From the NCBI GenBank assembly GCA_963781885.1, contig CAWAHW010000001.1, forward strand, positions 612,615 through 676,614: a stretch of 64,000 nucleotides of DNA. Reading direction: 5' to 3'. The position numbers were made by a program, and so were the translations under genes. Positions 22,196 through 32,591 of the stretch are shown in pieces. The stretch comes from an uncultured Spirochaetota bacterium. Lineage in GTDB: Bacteria; Spirochaetota; Spirochaetia; SZUA-6; Fen-1364. The notes under the pieces were generated by a model, which saw only the letters and a program-made list of their open reading frames with translations, was not told the origin of the DNA and made no database searches. Numbering within the stretch: position 1 is the stretch's first letter; the number at the start of each line of letters is the position of its first letter.

Positions 22196-22681
22196 TCAAT
22201 CGAACTCGCGCCGGGGCGCCGCCTGCTCGGGCCCGACCCTGCCGATCTCGATGTCGGCGATGAAGTAGTTCTCCCCGCGCATCGGGAAGCCGGCCATCCG
22301 GCGGAGCATCGTGAGCTGACCGACGTGGGTCAGCGCGTCGGCGAGCGGTCCCTGGAATATCTTCTCCAGCGGCGCATGCACCGTCTCACCGGAGGCGAGA
22401 TAGGCGTCCAGCGCCTGCAGAGCGGCGAAGAAGCGTTCCTTTTCCTGGGGCCAGGGCAGCGGCTGGGCATCGATCCACGTGGGATTGCCGCGCGCGATGC
22501 TGAGCGCCCAGTCGAGGAGGTCACCGATATGGGCCAGGATCTCCACGGGCGCCCTGCTGGTGGGCGCGGACCGGTAGACGGCGAACGACACCGGGGCGTC
22601 GCGCAGGGGCTTGCCTCCCCGGTAGGCGAGGGTGGCAAGGGTATGGCGAATCGTCTCTCGCCATTGGCTCGATTCACTCAT
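22196..22681 (-). CDS. DinB/YfiT-like four-helix-bundle protein
   Basis: EILAHIGD and DALTHVGQL..LRR motifs. Confidence 0.7.
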   Translation of the reverse strand: MSESSQWRETIRHTLATLAYRGGKPLRDAPVSFAVYRSAPTSRAPVEILAHIGDLLDWALSIARGNPTWIDAQPLPWPQEKERFFAALQALDAYLASGETVHAPLEKIFQGPLADALTHVGQLTMLRRMAGFPMRGENYFIADIEIGRVGPEQAAPRREFD

Positions 22682-22704
22682 GCGGCTCCTCCGATGTGTC
22701 GTGA

Positions 22705-23352
22705 TCAGGATTGCGCGGCGGTCGCCTGCAACAGTGCCTTTGCCGCCTTGCGCGTGACGCCGGTCCCTCCCTCGAGGTAGCGCTCCGCGATGGCGCGCAG
22801 CTCCTGCGCCCTGCCCGGCGTGACACGGGCCACCTCGCGCAAGCCGTTCAGCGCATGGCCCGCCTGCTTCCCTTTCCAGGACGCCAGCGCCTCGACGAGG
22901 ATGGGAAAGGAGGCCTTTGCGGCCGCCGAGCCGGTGCCAGCATAGCTTCCCACCGCGTCCACGGCGTAGTCGCGCACGATCACGCTCTCATCGGCCCGGA
23001 TGATCTCGCGCAGCCGGGGAAGCAGGGGCGCCACGGTCCGCGGGGCAGCGGCTGCCGTGAGCGCAAGGGCGTGCATCGCCTCCCAGCGCACCCGGGTCTT
23101 TGGATGGAGGATGAGGGCGACAAGCGTTCCGGCATAGGGGGCCACGAGCCCGGGATTCTGTTTTGCGACCTCGGTGAACACCTCGGCGCAGTCCCCCAGG
23201 AGCGGCACGTCCTTGCCCGTGAGCGCGTTGGTGAGCGCGCCGGCGATCTCCTGCAAGAGGGCCGGTTTCTTCAGGCACCGGGCAGCCACAACAAGATTCG
23301 ATTGCGCCGTCCGGTCACCTTTCTGCGAGGAAAGGTCGTTGAGGACACTCAT
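22705..23352 (-). CDS. HEAT-repeat protein
   Basis: Repeats such as TRVRWEAMHAL, VIVRDYAVDAV and VTRKAAKALL. Confidence 0.7.
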   Translation of the reverse strand: MSVLNDLSSQKGDRTAQSNLVVAARCLKKPALLQEIAGALTNALTGKDVPLLGDCAEVFTEVAKQNPGLVAPYAGTLVALILHPKTRVRWEAMHALALTAAAAPRTVAPLLPRLREIIRADESVIVRDYAVDAVGSYAGTGSAAAKASFPILVEALASWKGKQAGHALNGLREVARVTPGRAQELRAIAERYLEGGTGVTRKAAKALLQATAAQS

Positions 23353-23457
23353 GCCACACCAGCATAGCGCACAAACGCCTCGGAGGCTACAGCCGACCCG
23401 TTGGCCGGGGCAGGTCCGCCGTCACGCCGGGAACGCCGCCGTCACGAGCGCGGAGCC

Positions 23458-23892
23458 CTATCCCAGCGCCTTCTGGATCTGGGCCATGTGATGCTCGCGA
23501 TGGGCGCCGCGGTCCAGCCGCACCGGCTTTCCTTCCGCCTCGACCTTGGCGAGGAAATCCGGGGTGAGCGCGTCTATCGCCGCGTCGATGGAGGCGGCCG
23601 CCTCCCGCGCCATCGCCGCGACTTTCTTGCCGGGGATGGCATTCAGGAAGGGCCGCATCGAATCATTGACGACGTCGATGTCGACGGGAGAGACGGCCAT
23701 GGGCGAGCTCTTCCATTTGGCCAGGAGCACGATTGCGCGCTGATCCCAGAAGGCAAGATGGCCCAGGAGGCCGCCGACGGTCCAGCTCGGTCCACCGGCC
23801 GCGCGGGCCATGTCCTTCTCCGTGAGACGGGAAAGCAAGGCGTTCAGCTTCTCCCGCCAGGCCGCGTTGTTCGCCGTATATGCGTTACTCAT
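23458..23892 (-). CDS. DinB / mycothiol maleylpyruvate isomerase N-terminal-like protein
   Basis: WTV..LLGHLAFWD and HREHH..QI; ATGA overlap with the GH94 gene. Confidence 0.75.
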   Translation of the reverse strand: MSNAYTANNAAWREKLNALLSRLTEKDMARAAGGPSWTVGGLLGHLAFWDQRAIVLLAKWKSSPMAVSPVDIDVVNDSMRPFLNAIPGKKVAAMAREAAASIDAAIDALTPDFLAKVEAEGKPVRLDRGAHREHHMAQIQKALG

Positions 23893-26236
23893 CCCAGTAC
23901 CACCTCCACCATGTGTTTCGCTCGATCGCCGAAAACCGGCACGAGATTTCCCTCAACGGGCTTCCCGTCCACCGTCATGCGCGCCACGCCCCTGCTCACG
24001 CGCCGCGGATTCCGCACGACGACGCCGTACGTGTCGCCCCGGAAAACACGATCCACGCTGAAGCCCTTCCACGTCGGGGGGATGCAGGGGTCGATACGCA
24101 GGCCGTCGAGCTCGGGCCGCACACCGAGAATGTACTGAGAAATGGCCACGAAGTTCCACGACGCCGTGCCCGTGAGCCACGAGTTCTTTGCCTGGCCGAA
24201 GTCCTTGTGCTCCCGGCCTGCGATCATCTGGGCGTAGACGTACGGCTCGGTAAACCGAAGATCGGCGCGGCTGTTGCTCGCGGAAGGCAGGATGGCCTTG
24301 TAGTAGGCGAATGCCGCGGCGCCGTCGCCCCGCATGGTTTCCGCGATCATCGCCCAGGGATTGGTATGGCAGAATATCGCCGCATTCTCCTTGAGGCCTG
24401 CGGGAAAGACCGAGACATAGCCGAGCTCGGGGTGGTACGTCGTGTACCCCGGGGCGAAGAGCACGATGCCATACTTCGTGGCAAGGTGCTTCTTCACGGC
24501 GTCCATGCAGGCGGCAGCCCGGTCCTTGTCCGCGACACCCGACAGGACCGCCCACGTCTGCGATTCGAGCCAGGTCCTCCCTTCCTCCGCCGCGGCGGTC
24601 CCGACCGGGGAGCCGGCATCGTCGAAGGCGCGCAGGTACCACGCCCCGTCCCAGCAGGTGGCGTTGATGCGTCCCGCCATCTCGTCGCCGAGCCTGCGGT
24701 ACTTGTCGGCTTCCGCGGATCGGCCGTGGTGCGCCGCCAGCTCGGCAAGCAGACCCGCGGCCATCACGTACATCTCGGCGATCATGACGGAGACGGCCTT
24801 GCCATTCGGGCCGGTCGAGGTTGAGGCAGTCATTCCAGTCGGCCTTGCCGATCAGCGGCAGCTCGTGCCAGCCCTGACGCGCCGCCGGTGTACTTCAGGG
24901 CCCGGGCCAGGTGCTCGTACATCGTGCCGACGCTGCCGTCGTTGTAGGACACCATCTCGTCCAGGAGCCCGATGTCCCCCGTCTCCTTCGCATACTGGGC
25001 CACGGCGATGATGAGCCACAGGTGGTCGTCGCCGAAGCCCTCGCCACTGCCCATTTTCGTGAGCGGCGAATATTGGTGGTAGGCGCGGCCCTCCGCGAAC
25101 TGCGTGCCGGCGATGTCGATGAGGCGCTGCCGCGCGAGCCCGGGGATCTGGTGCACGAAGCCCAGCACGTCCTGGTTGGAATCGCGGAAGCCCATGCCGC
25201 GCCCGATGCCCGATTCGTAGTACGAGGCGGACCGGGACCAGTTGAATGTCGTGCGGCACTGGTACTGGTTCCACACGTTGACCATGGAGTTCACCGCGGG
25301 GTCGGGCGTGCGGGCGATGTACCGGCCCAGGCAGTCGTCCCAGTAGGCGGCCAGGCGCGCAATTTCGGCGTCCACCGCGCCGGGGCGTTTGTATTTCTTC
25401 ATGGAGGGCCGTTCTTCGCCCAGCGTTTCCCCGCAGCCCAGCACGAAGACCACCTCCTGCCGAGCCCCGGGCGCGAGGGACAGCGGCACCTGCAGACCGG
25501 CGAATGGAGCCCAGCCGACGGCGAGCTTCCCGTTGCAGCGGCCCTGCTCCACGGCGAGCGGATTCGATTCGCTGCGGTAGGGCCCGACGAATGCCTGCCG
25601 TTCACCGTCGAAGGAGGAGACCTTGCGGCTGGACCAGAACCAGGCGAAGCAGGGCTGGTGGGCGCGATGATTCGTCACGTGGTAAATGGCGTTCCCGCTC
25701 CACGTCGTGCGGCCGATGTTCAGGTTGTACTGGAAATCGGTCATGTCGTTGACCGCGTCCCACAGGCAGAACTCCACGTATGTGAAAAGGCTCAGGGCGC
25801 GCGTCCTCTTTGACGCGTTGGTGACGGTCATACGCCAGATTTCGAGGTTTTCGCCGAGCGGCACGAGGTAGGTCGTTTCGGTCTTTATGCCGGCATAGGC
25901 TGCTCTTATCGTCGTGTAGCTGAGGCCGTGTCGGCATTCGTAGGAGTATTTCTCCAAAGGCTTCATGACCGGCTGCCACGATCCCGACCAATAGTCGCCG
26001 CTTGCCTCGTCGCGGACGTAGATATAACGCCCCGGCCTGTCGGCGGGCACGTTGTTGTAGCGGTAGCGAAGGATGCGCCTTTCCCGTGGGTCCCGGTGGA
26101 AGCTGTAGCCGCCCGCCGTGTTGGAGATGAGGGCGCAGTACTCGTTCACGCCGAGGTAGTTGATCCAGGGCTGCGGCGTGTCGGGCCGCGTGATGACGTA
26201 TTCGCGTCGCTCGTCGTCGAAATAGCCGTAGGTCAT
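23889..26236 (-). CDS. GH94 glycoside phosphorylase (cellobiose phosphorylase-like), frameshifted at ~24815-24885
   Basis: YGYFDD..REYVIT, SRSASYYESGIGRGMGFRDSNQD, KENAAIFCH.NPW and KNSWLTGTA. The catalytic ADWND segment lies in an intervening frame. Confidence 0.87.
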
Positions 26237-26340
26237 GTCGTCCTCTGCCGCGATAGTAGAACAGGAGCCGCGGACGGACAAGCAAATGCCGGGCCGTGCC
26301 GCGGGCCGCCCGGCCGCGCCGCGCTCGTCACCCGACCCGC

Positions 26341-28119
26341 TCAGGCCCCCTGCACGGCGAGTGAGTGCGCCCGGTCGTCGCGCTCCAGGCCCTGCTGCTG
26401 CCAGAGGGCGTAGTAGAGGCCCTTCCGCCGCAGGAGCTCCAGATGCGATCCCTGCTCCACCACGCGCCCTTTCTTCAGCACGACGATGCGGTCCGCACCG
26501 GCCACCGTGGACAGGCGGTGCGCGATCAGGAGCGTGACGAAGCTCGGCCGGGTCCGGATGATCGCGTCGATGGTGCGCGTGATCTCCTTCTCCGTCTCGG
26601 TATCGAGGGAGCTGGTGGCCTCGTCGAAGATGAGCAGGTCAGGCCGGCGGAGGAGGGCGCGCGCGATGGCCAGGCGCTGGCGCTCCCCGCCGGAGAGCTT
26701 CAGGCCGCCCTCGCCGATGCGGGTTTCCAGCCCCTGGCGCGACCTCTCCAGGAGGCCCTTGAGCTGCGCAGCCTCGAGGCTCGCCATGCATTCATCGTCG
26801 GTGGCCTCCTGCCGCACGAAACGCAGGTTGTCGCGGATGGTGCCGGCAAAGAGCTCGATGGACTGCGGCACGAAGCCGACCCGCTTCCGCAGAAGGTCGT
26901 AGTTGATGTCGGCCGACTCCACGCCGTTGAAGACGATGCGGCCCGTGTCAGGTCGATAGAGCCCCAGGAGCAGCTTGACCAACGTGCTCTTTCCCGCGCC
27001 CGAGGGCCCGACGAACGCGATGCTCTCCCCCGACCGCGCGCTGAAGGAGACTTCCTCGAGCGCCGCCTCGCGGGCGCCGGGATGCCGGTAGGTCACCTCC
27101 GCGAACTCCAGGCTCTCGATGCCGTCGGGCACTGCGCCGCCGGGGTTTGTCGGCGCCGGCTCCTGCGCGAGGATCTTTTCGACGTTCGCGAGACTGGCCC
27201 GGGTCTCCGCGTACTTGGAGACGACATTGCCGATCTCCCCCAGCGGGGAGAAGAGGAAGAACGAGTAGAGGAAGAGGCTGAGGAACTCGCCGATGCTGAT
27301 GAGCTTCAGGTAGAGGAGGATGAGCATCTGGAGGATGAAAACGGCCCGGAAGAAGTTGATGGCCGTGCCCTGGAAGAACATGAGCATCCGCACCGTCTTC
27401 ACCTTGGCGAGCTCAAGCCCCAGGATGTGCTGGTTCGTGTCGTTCAACCGGTCGATCTCCTGCGTCTCCAGGCCGAGGCTCTTGATGAGCTCGATGTTGC
27501 GCAGGCTCTCCGTCGTGGACCCGGCGAGCTCATTCGTCTCCCCGAAGATGCGCGTCTGCACCTGCTTGATCCGGCGGCTGAGCACGGACAGGAGAAGCGC
27601 CAGGATGGGCGCCATGATGATGAGCATCACGCCGATGGACCAGTGCACGAAGAAGGAATAGCCGAGCACGAGGAGGAGCGTGAGGGACGAGATGAAGACT
27701 GTATTCACCGACTGGGCGATCATGTCGCGGCTGTCCACGCGCGCCTTCTGCAGCTGCGTGAGCACGGCGCCGCTCTGCTGGTCCTCGAAGGCGCGGAAGG
27801 GCAGGCGCAGCGAATGGGCAATGCCGTCCGCGTACATCGCGGCGCCGACGCTCTGCGAGGCGACATTGATGTAGTAGTCCTGGAAGTTCTTCGCGATGCG
27901 GCTCACCATGGCCACGGCGATGAACGCGAGGATGAGAAGCCCGACGCCCTTGATGAAGTCCGGCCGGCTGATGGTGTCGATGTGCATCGCGTACCGGTCC
28001 GTGATGATGCGGAAAATCTGCGGATCGAGCATGGAAAAGACCTGGTTCACTACGGCGAGCGTGATCGCCAGAGCCACCATGCCCCTGTAGGGACGGAGGT
28101 AGGAGAGGAGAAGCTTCAT
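26341..28119 (-). CDS. ABC exporter, fused permease/ATP-binding protein
   Basis: TMD followed by GPSGAGKS, LSGGERQR and DEATS. Confidence 0.93.
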   Translation of the reverse strand: MKLLLSYLRPYRGMVALAITLAVVNQVFSMLDPQIFRIITDRYAMHIDTISRPDFIKGVGLLILAFIAVAMVSRIAKNFQDYYINVASQSVGAAMYADGIAHSLRLPFRAFEDQQSGAVLTQLQKARVDSRDMIAQSVNTVFISSLTLLLVLGYSFFVHWSIGVMLIIMAPILALLLSVLSRRIKQVQTRIFGETNELAGSTTESLRNIELIKSLGLETQEIDRLNDTNQHILGLELAKVKTVRMLMFFQGTAINFFRAVFILQMLILLYLKLISIGEFLSLFLYSFFLFSPLGEIGNVVSKYAETRASLANVEKILAQEPAPTNPGGAVPDGIESLEFAEVTYRHPGAREAALEEVSFSARSGESIAFVGPSGAGKSTLVKLLLGLYRPDTGRIVFNGVESADINYDLLRKRVGFVPQSIELFAGTIRDNLRFVRQEATDDECMASLEAAQLKGLLERSRQGLETRIGEGGLKLSGGERQRLAIARALLRRPDLLIFDEATSSLDTETEKEITRTIDAIIRTRPSFVTLLIAHRLSTVAGADRIVVLKKGRVVEQGSHLELLRRKGLYYALWQQQGLERDDRAHSLAVQGA

Positions 28120-28176
28120 GTCTTTACAATACTGACGGCGGGCCGCTCCCGAACAGCGCCGCGGGTGCGGCGCGGC

Positions 28177-29466
28177 TCACGGAGCGGGCGTCACCACCTG
28201 TCCGTCGTTGAGGAAGCTCTGGCCCTCCGTGATCACGACCGCGCCGTCCTCGATGCCCTGCGTGATCTCGGTGACCGCCTGGTCGGAAAGGCCCGTCTCC
28301 ACGGGTATCTTCCTCACGATGGAACTGCCCCCCTGCTGCACGACGGCGTAGACGTAGCTGATGCCCGTCTCGGTGATCACTGCCGTATTGGGAACGACGA
28401 GCACATCCTTGCGCGTATCGACGGGGAATGTCACGCGCGCGAACATGCCCGGACGCACCGCGTCACCGGGGTTGTCGATGCGGATCTTCACCGTGTAAGC
28501 CGCCGTGCGGGCGTCCGCGGCGGGGCTCACCGTTTGCACCGTGCCGAGCACCTTCGAGATGCCCGCCGCGTCGATGGCGACGGGCACCAGCTGCCCGACG
28601 TGGATCGTGCGCACGAGCCCCTCTTCCACGCTCGTCTCCGCGGTGACGCTCCCCACGTCGATCACGACGAATGCGGGCACCGCGCTGGAAACGAGCTCGC
28701 CGGGGTCGATGTTCCGCGACGCCACCACGCCGGCAAGCGGTGACCTGATGATCGCGTCGGAAAGCTGGGACTGCGCGAGGTCCGCCGCGGCCTGCGCCTG
28801 GTCCACCTGGTTGGAGGCCACGCCCGTGGACTGCGGCCCGGCCTTGTCTTGCAGCAGGCTCAGGTTCTGCTTCGCCGCGTCGAGCTGGATGCCGGCGCCG
28901 TCGCGTTTTGCCTTCACGCTGTCCAGCTGCTGCTGCGACGCGCTTCCCTGGTCGAAGAGCTTCTGCATGCGGCCGTACTGGTCGTTGGCGTCGTCGTACT
29001 GGACCTGCGCCTGCTTCACGGCAGCCTGCGCCTGGATCTCCTGGCCCGACAGGGACGAGTCGCTCGTGCGCGTGAGATTGGCCTGCGCGCTGCCCAGCGC
29101 CGCCTGGGCCTGGCGCGCCTGCGTCGCGTAGTCCGTGGTCTCAAGCGTGAAGAGCACCTGCCCGCGGTCCACCCTCTGGCCCACGTCGGCCTTCACCGTC
29201 TCCACCCGGCCGGCGATCTTGGGAGACACGACGATCTCCTGCTGCGCGTGGATGCGCGCCGGGTATTCCAGCGTGATGGCGATGCTCCCGCGCGTCGCCC
29301 GCGCGACGCTGACCGCTTTCGGCGCGTCCTGCGACGCGCTCTTCGCCTGCCGGCAGCTGCCGAGCGTCATGACGCCCGCGGCCACCAGCAGCACGCAGGC
29401 GGCGATTCTGACCCGCCGCGCCTTCTGCTCCTGGCAGAGTTGCGGCAGCATTCCTTGAAGCTTCAT
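28177..29466 (-). CDS. RND efflux periplasmic adaptor (MFP)
   Basis: C-terminal 429 aa of ORF 28177..31470. Lipoyl motifs VSPKIAGRV and IRSPLAGVV, plus RPGMFA. ATG 29466 overlaps the RND stop. Confidence 0.88.
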   Translation of the reverse strand: MKLQGMLPQLCQEQKARRVRIAACVLLVAAGVMTLGSCRQAKSASQDAPKAVSVARATRGSIAITLEYPARIHAQQEIVVSPKIAGRVETVKADVGQRVDRGQVLFTLETTDYATQARQAQAALGSAQANLTRTSDSSLSGQEIQAQAAVKQAQVQYDDANDQYGRMQKLFDQGSASQQQLDSVKAKRDGAGIQLDAAKQNLSLLQDKAGPQSTGVASNQVDQAQAAADLAQSQLSDAIIRSPLAGVVASRNIDPGELVSSAVPAFVVIDVGSVTAETSVEEGLVRTIHVGQLVPVAIDAAGISKVLGTVQTVSPAADARTAAYTVKIRIDNPGDAVRPGMFARVTFPVDTRKDVLVVPNTAVITETGISYVYAVVQQGGSSIVRKIPVETGLSDQAVTEITQGIEDGAVVITEGQSFLNDGQVVTPAP

Positions 29467-32400
29467 TGCGCGTACCTTTCCTTTTCCAGAGTGACCCTTT
29501 CCTTCCGCCGCGCGCGCTTGCCGCGCGCGTCGTCCATGATGGTGTATACCACGGGGAGGAGGATCGGCGTGAGGATGGTGGAGGTGACGAGCCCGCCGAT
29601 GAGCACCACCGCCATGCCGGACCTGATCTCGCTCGATGCGCCGAGGGAGAGGGCGAGGGGCAGCATACCGACGATCATCGTGACGGATGTCATGAGGATG
29701 GGGCGGAGCCTCGTGACGCCGGCCTCCACCAGCGCCTCGCGCAGCGGCTTGCCGCGCTTCACGAGCGTGTTCGTGTAGTCGATGAGGAGCGTGCCGTTCT
29801 TCGAGATGAGACCGTCGAGCATGATGAGGCCGATGAAGGAGATGATGTTGATGGCCTTGCCCGTGAGGGCGAGCGCGGCAAATGCCCCGATCACGCCGCA
29901 GGGGATGGAGAGCATGCGGATGAGGGGCGTGAGGAACGACTCGTAGAGCACGACGAGGATCATGAACACCAGGAGCAGCGACGCGGCCAGGGCCCAGCCC
30001 AGGGAACCGAAGGAGCTCGTCATGTTCGACTGGTCGCCGCTGTAGCCGATTGTGTAGCCGAAGGGGAACGTGATGTCCTTCATCTTTTTTTTCACGTCGG
30101 CGGTGATGGCCCCCAGTGGACGGCCGGCGGTGTTCGCGGAGATCGTCGCCACGTCCAGCCTGTCGCGGCGCAGGATCTCCTGCGAGCTGTCGCTGCGCTG
30201 GAATCGCGCGATCTCGGACAGGGCGATCTGCTGCCCGGCGGTGTTCGTGATCCGTATCGTGCCGAGGTCTTCCGGTGTGGCAAGCTGGTCGGGGCGATAG
30301 CGGACAATCATGTCGTACTCGTCCCCGGCGTGTCGATAGACGCCGACATTCGTGCCGGCAAGGGCGGTGCGGAGTACCGTCGCGATATCGCGCGGCATGA
30401 GTCCGTCGGTGGCGGCGGCCAGGCGGTCCACCGTCACGCTGATCTGCGTTTCCCCCGCCCGCATCGTGTTGTCCACGTCGGCGGCGCCGGGCACGGCGCG
30501 CACGGCGTCCTCCACCTTCTGGGCAAGGGCGCGCAGCACGTCCCGGTTGGGACCGCTCAGGTTGAGGATGAGGCTCTTCGTGCCGTCGATGGAGCTGCGC
30601 GCCACGATGCCCGGCTCGGTGACGGAGATGTCTGCGCCCGGCAGCGTCCGTCCCCACGTGCGGAGCTCCGCGGCAAGCTGTGACTGGCTCTTGTGCCGCT
30701 GGGACTTGTCCTTCAGCTTCACGATCAGCTCCGACGTGGAGACCGCCGTGTCGCTGCCGATCGTGGAGAAGACGTCCTCCACCTCGGGGATGGACAGGAG
30801 GTGCTTCTCCACGATCGCCGCCTTGGCGTCCGTCTGCGGGTAGCCGGCGCCGGCCCCCAGGTCGAGATCCACGACAAGCTTGCTCTGGTCCGCCGTGGGC
30901 ATGAACTCCGTCTGGATGACCTTCAGGGGGATGAGGGAGATGCTCGCCACCAGGAGAACGACGATCGGCACGATGATGAGCGCCCGGTGATGGAGCGACC
31001 ACTGGAGGAATCGGCGGTAGGCGCCCACGACGGTGCCCTGGAAGAATCTCCCGAAGGCGCCCTGCGGCTCCTCCGGCGCGCCCTCCCCGCCGCCCCGCGC
31101 GGCAGCCCGGCCGAGCTCGCGCCTGCCCAGGAGCATGCGCGAGGCCATCATGGGCGTCACGGTGAAGGAGACGAGGAGGGAAAGAAGCGTCGCACAGACG
31201 ACGGTGAGCCCGAACTGCTTGAAGAACTGGCCCACGAGGTCGCTCATGAAGGCGATGGGCGCGAAGACGACCACGTCGCACAGCGTGATGGCAATGGCGG
31301 CAAGGGCGATCTCCCGCCTGCCCTGGATCGCGGCCGTCCGCATGTCCTCCCCGAGGTGGATGTGACGGTCGATGTTCTCCAGCACGACGATGGAATCGTC
31401 CACGAGGATGCCGATGCACAACCCCAGCGCCATGAGGGAGACGACGTTGAGGGTGAAGTGGAAGGCCCACATGGCGAAGAACGTGCCCACGAGGGAGAGG
31501 GGGATGGCGATGAGGACGATGAGCGACGACCGCCAGCGCCGCAGGAAGAGAAAGAGCACGAGGGAGGTCGTGATGACGCTCTCCACGAGGTTGAGACGCG
31601 TCTCGGCGAGCGACGAGTTGATGAACACCGTCGCGTCGCTTGCCACCGTGATGGACATGCCTCCCGGCAGCGTTTTCTGCAGGCCGTCGAGCTCCTTCTT
31701 CACCGTGTCGGCCGTGGTGACGACATTCGCGTCGCTCTGCTTGCGCACGAAGATGCCGATGGTGGGGCTCGCATTCAGCCGCACGGTCTTCGTCGGGTCG
31801 GGGTAGTCCAGCGCGACCTGCGCGACTTCCGACAGCCGCACGCTCCCCCCGGCGGCGAGCGGCAGGCGCATGTTGCGCACGTCATCGATGTCGGAGAACT
31901 CGCCCTGGAGCTGCACGGTGAGATTCCGCCCCGTCTGCTTGAGCTCGCCCGCGGGGATGGTGAGGTTTTCCGCCTGGATCACGCCGAGGAGCGTCGTCGT
32001 GCTGATGCCGTACGACTCCAGGGCGGTCTTGTCCACCGTGATGAGGAGCTGTCTCTTCACGCCGCCGACGATGCTCACGTTGCCGACGCCCGGCAGGCCC
32101 TGCAGGTCGCGCATGATGTTGTCGGCCTGCACGTACAGCTCGTCCGTCGTGGCGTTGCCCGAGACCGTGATGATGAGGATGGGCTGGCTGTTCACGTCGT
32201 ACTTGCTCAGGACCGGCCGCGTCGCATCGCGCGGGAGCGTGTCGGCGATGCCGTCCAGCGCCTTCTGCACGTCGATGACGGCGGAGTTCATGTCCGTGTT
32301 CATGGTGAACTGCAGGATCGTGTAGCCGAAACCCGTTCCCGACGTGGAGCGGATGACGTCGATGCCGTTCACGCCGGAGACTGCGTCCTCGATCGGTTTG

Positions 32401-32591
32401 ATGAGGTCCTTGTCGATCTCCTCCGCCCCGGCCCCGATGTAAGTGGAGTGGATGGAGATGATGGGCGTGTTCACCGCGGGGAACAGGTCCGCGCCGAGAT
32501 TCAGGTAGCCGACGATGCCCGCGCCCAGGATGAGCGCCATGCCCATGAGGATCGCCGTCGGGCGTCGAACGGCAAGCTCGGTGACCGTCAC
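29463..32591 (-). CDS. RND efflux permease (AcrB/AcrD/AcrF family)
   Basis: 1042 aa with GILVDDSIVVLENI, KNGTLLID and RLRPILMT. Confidence 0.95.
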   Translation of the reverse strand: MTVTELAVRRPTAILMGMALILGAGIVGYLNLGADLFPAVNTPIISIHSTYIGAGAEEIDKDLIKPIEDAVSGVNGIDVIRSTSGTGFGYTILQFTMNTDMNSAVIDVQKALDGIADTLPRDATRPVLSKYDVNSQPILIITVSGNATTDELYVQADNIMRDLQGLPGVGNVSIVGGVKRQLLITVDKTALESYGISTTTLLGVIQAENLTIPAGELKQTGRNLTVQLQGEFSDIDDVRNMRLPLAAGGSVRLSEVAQVALDYPDPTKTVRLNASPTIGIFVRKQSDANVVTTADTVKKELDGLQKTLPGGMSITVASDATVFINSSLAETRLNLVESVITTSLVLFLFLRRWRSSLIVLIAIPLSLVGTFFAMWAFHFTLNVVSLMALGLCIGILVDDSIVVLENIDRHIHLGEDMRTAAIQGRREIALAAIAITLCDVVVFAPIAFMSDLVGQFFKQFGLTVVCATLLSLLVSFTVTPMMASRMLLGRRELGRAAARGGGEGAPEEPQGAFGRFFQGTVVGAYRRFLQWSLHHRALIIVPIVVLLVASISLIPLKVIQTEFMPTADQSKLVVDLDLGAGAGYPQTDAKAAIVEKHLLSIPEVEDVFSTIGSDTAVSTSELIVKLKDKSQRHKSQSQLAAELRTWGRTLPGADISVTEPGIVARSSIDGTKSLILNLSGPNRDVLRALAQKVEDAVRAVPGAADVDNTMRAGETQISVTVDRLAAATDGLMPRDIATVLRTALAGTNVGVYRHAGDEYDMIVRYRPDQLATPEDLGTIRITNTAGQQIALSEIARFQRSDSSQEILRRDRLDVATISANTAGRPLGAITADVKKKMKDITFPFGYTIGYSGDQSNMTSSFGSLGWALAASLLLVFMILVVLYESFLTPLIRMLSIPCGVIGAFAALALTGKAINIISFIGLIMLDGLISKNGTLLIDYTNTLVKRGKPLREALVEAGVTRLRPILMTSVTMIVGMLPLALSLGASSEIRSGMAVVLIGGLVTSTILTPILLPVVYTIMDDARGKRARRKERVTLEKERYAQ

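Noticed and set aside
28177-31470. 1097-aa ORF as a giant adaptor fusion
   Set aside because: The N-terminal ~670 aa is an alternative frame of the RND permease; the real adaptor starts at ATG 29466.
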